Source: Trichodelitschia bisporula (Eukaryota). Taken from it: a DNA stretch of 64,000 bases. The notes below the pieces were generated by a model. The model was not told where the DNA came from. It made no database searches and was given only the letters and a program-made list of their open reading frames with translations. This document shows, one piece after another, positions 61,689 to 64,000 of this stretch. Within the stretch, counting starts at the first letter, position 1; each line of letters starts with the position of its first letter. Made by a program: the position numbers and the translations under genes. The stretch lies in the NCBI GenBank assembly GCA_010356995.1, contig ML996690.1:747420-811419 (forward strand), in the 5' to 3' direction.

Positions 61689-63699
61689 CTACTCGTCAAC
61701 GACAGAGGCGAACTTGTCCAGCATCTTAGCCATCAGAGCTTCATACTGTTGCGAGTTAGCACTGTAGACGAGTCTGTAAGATATCCGGGACGTACCTTCT
61801 TGACAATCTTCTCTTCACCTTCCGATGGCAGCTCGAACTTCAAGCTGCGGAGTGCAGACTGAATGTCCGAGGTCGCCTCGCGGACCCTAGCCCAGCTTTG
61901 CCCTTGAGCAATGGCTTTCTGCGCCTCATCGTGGAAGCCCATCATAAGCTTCATCATCCACTCCGTCTTCCACAGCGGACAGAACTGGTCGTAGTCGCTG
62001 TACCCATTCTGTTGGAGGAAGTCTTCCTTGATGAGCGTGGCAACGTCCAGGGTGATCTTGTCAGAATCACCAAGCGCCGACTTGCCAACAAGCTGGACGA
62101 CTTGGTCCAGGTCCTCAGACGTTGAGAGCAAATTCTTTATCCGCTCTCTCAGCCTCGGGAAATCGGGCTTGTGCTCCTGGTAATACGATTCCAGAGCGGC
62201 GTCATATTTGCTGTAGCTGATATTCGTGTTCACGGAGGGGAAGTGCTTGCGTTGCGCCAGCTTCTTGTCCAGTCCCCAGAACACCTGTACGATACCAAGA
62301 GTGGCAGACGTAACAGGGTCCGAGAAGTCACCGCCAGGCGGGCTGACGGCGCCGACAATGCTGACACTACCTTTGCGGTCGGGGCTACCGAGGGCGGTAA
62401 CACGCCCGGCGCGCTCGTAGAACGACGCCAGCTTCGCACCGAGGTATGCGGGGAAACCCTGATCGGCAGGCATTTCTCCCAGACGGCCCGAAATCTCACG
62501 CAGCGCCTCGGCCCACCGCGAGGAGGAGTCCGCCATCATGGCTACGTCCTTGCCTTGGTCGCGGAAGTATTCGGCCACCGTGATACCTGTGTAAATTGAG
62601 GCTTCACGAGCTGCGACAGGCATGTTCGAGGTGTTGGCAATGAGCGTCGTGCGCTTCATGATGGGTTCTTCGCGACCATCGACATTGATGGTTAGCTGGG
62701 AGAATCAGTATTTTCCACAAAATACCGGGTCGCGACAAACCTCCGGGAACTCCATCAGCACTTCGGCCATCTCATTACCGCGCTCGCCGCATCCAACGTA
62801 GATAATGATATCACTGTTAGAGAACTTGGACAAACTCTGACTGATGACCGTCTTGCCACAGCCGAATGCGCCTGGGATGCACACGGTACCGCCCTGGACA
62901 CTGGGAAATAGGGCATCAAGCACGCGCTGGCCGACGATGAGGGGCTGGTTCGAGGAAAGCTTCTCCGTAACCGGGCGCGGCACGCGAACGGGCCACTGGT
63001 GCATCATGCTGTACTCGGTCTTCTTGCCATCAAACTCCAGCTCCAGGATCTTCTCGTCCACTGTATAGCTGCCCTTCTCAGCAATCCGCGTGATAGTACC
63101 CCGCGCACGGGGCGGCAGCAGAATCTTGTGATCATTCAACAGTGAATTCTCGAAGACCGAGCCGAAGACATCGCCGCCAGTTATATGGTCCCCGACCTTT
63201 AGCTTGCCCGGGGTGAAGTCCCACTTCTTCTTGCGGTCGAGCGACGGCAAATCGATGCCGCGTGGGATGTAGATGCTGTTGGACATGTCCGCGATGCTTC
63301 GCAGAGGGCGCTGGATACCATCATAGATGGTTTCCATGAGACCAGGCCCCAGTTCAACGGATAACGGCTTTCCGGAGCGCTCGACAGGATCGCCAACGGT
63401 GACACCAGCTATGCGGACATTAGCAGCCTTCGCCGCTACAAAATGCAAGCCTACCAGTTTCCTCGTAGACCTGGATCGTCGCCCTATCGGCCTCGATGCG
63501 AATAACCTCACCGACGAGCTTGTCATGACCAACGCTCACCTACAGCCCGTTAACATTGTCCAAGAAGGGATTTCGAACAACATACGAGCTCGTACATAGC
63601 ACAGCCTATCATGTTCTCGGCGACGATGACGGGTCCCGAGACGGAGAAGACTGAGCCGAACATCTCGTCGGTCGCCTCATCTTTCTTTGCAGGTGCCAT
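61689..63699 (-). CDS. VMA1: V-type H+-ATPase catalytic subunit A, without an intein; 5 exons
   Basis: Motifs [49 protein letters not shown] and [11 protein letters not shown]. Last exon ends VVDE*. Confidence 0.97.
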
Positions 63700-64000
63700 T
63701 GCTGCGGGGTAGGGCGAAGATTCGAGGGACGATGTGCTTGCTGTGGTTGCTGGTGAACCTGGAAGTGATGCCTGGACGGGAGTCCCGTTGTCAGGAGAAG
63801 CGGGGTTGAAGCTGTCGGATGAGTGGCTAGCAATGAGGTCGAGGAGGGACGGACGGGGCTTCAGGCGCGAAGGTTGAAGTCCAAGCATACAAATGCCCTG
63901 TAGTTCTAAAAGCCAGGCGCAAGTTCCTGCGATAACGGTTGGTCCTCTTTAGCAAGGTGGGATGCCCCCAGTCCCTAGCTTTAAGCTCGTCACCAGCCGG

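Noticed and set aside
62770..62810. VDE/PI-SceI-type intein in VMA1
   Set aside because: The insertion site reads continuously [13 protein letters not shown], so the allele is intein-free.

Overview
Gene-dense (about 26 protein-coding loci in 64 kb), GC-rich chromosome segment of a filamentous ascomycete (Pezizomycotina; Dothideomycete-like by impression only). Introns are spliceosomal and mostly very short (43-65 nt), with CTRAC/CTAAY branch sites, so the ORF track fragments most genes; I rebuilt the gene models by hand. Recognisable genes: NAT4, PIG-U/GAB1, a cytochrome P450, a HOL1-type MFS transporter, an ACAD10/11-type acyl-CoA dehydrogenase, OXA1, a secreted choice-of-anchor-B protein, SHP1/UBX1, MIM1, a DUF3405 protein, PPX1, MRX11, a GH88/GH105-like protein, MCM5, a nitronate monooxygenase, a CaiB/BaiF (AMACR-like) enzyme, VPS1, an intein-less VMA1 and an intron-containing tRNA-Leu(AAG). 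I saw no transposon, rRNA, CRISPR array or secondary-metabolite backbone gene. The points most worth a second look: (1) a lineage-specific secreted polyprotein-like protein of about 1,100 aa with protease-site-delimited repeats; (2) a protein of about 1,700 aa with VPS9-like and SEL1-like C-terminal motifs, preceded by tiny uORFs; (3) GCCGAGG (FarA/Ctf1-type) sites about 130-190 bp upstream of the three PTS1-bearing enzymes and the P450; (4) a window-wide oscillation between C-rich and G-rich blocks; (5) a gene interrupted by two in-frame TAG codons; (6) a membrane-anchored GH105-like probable pseudo-enzyme; (7) a possible spliced non-coding transcript. All family assignments come from recalled motifs, not database searches.
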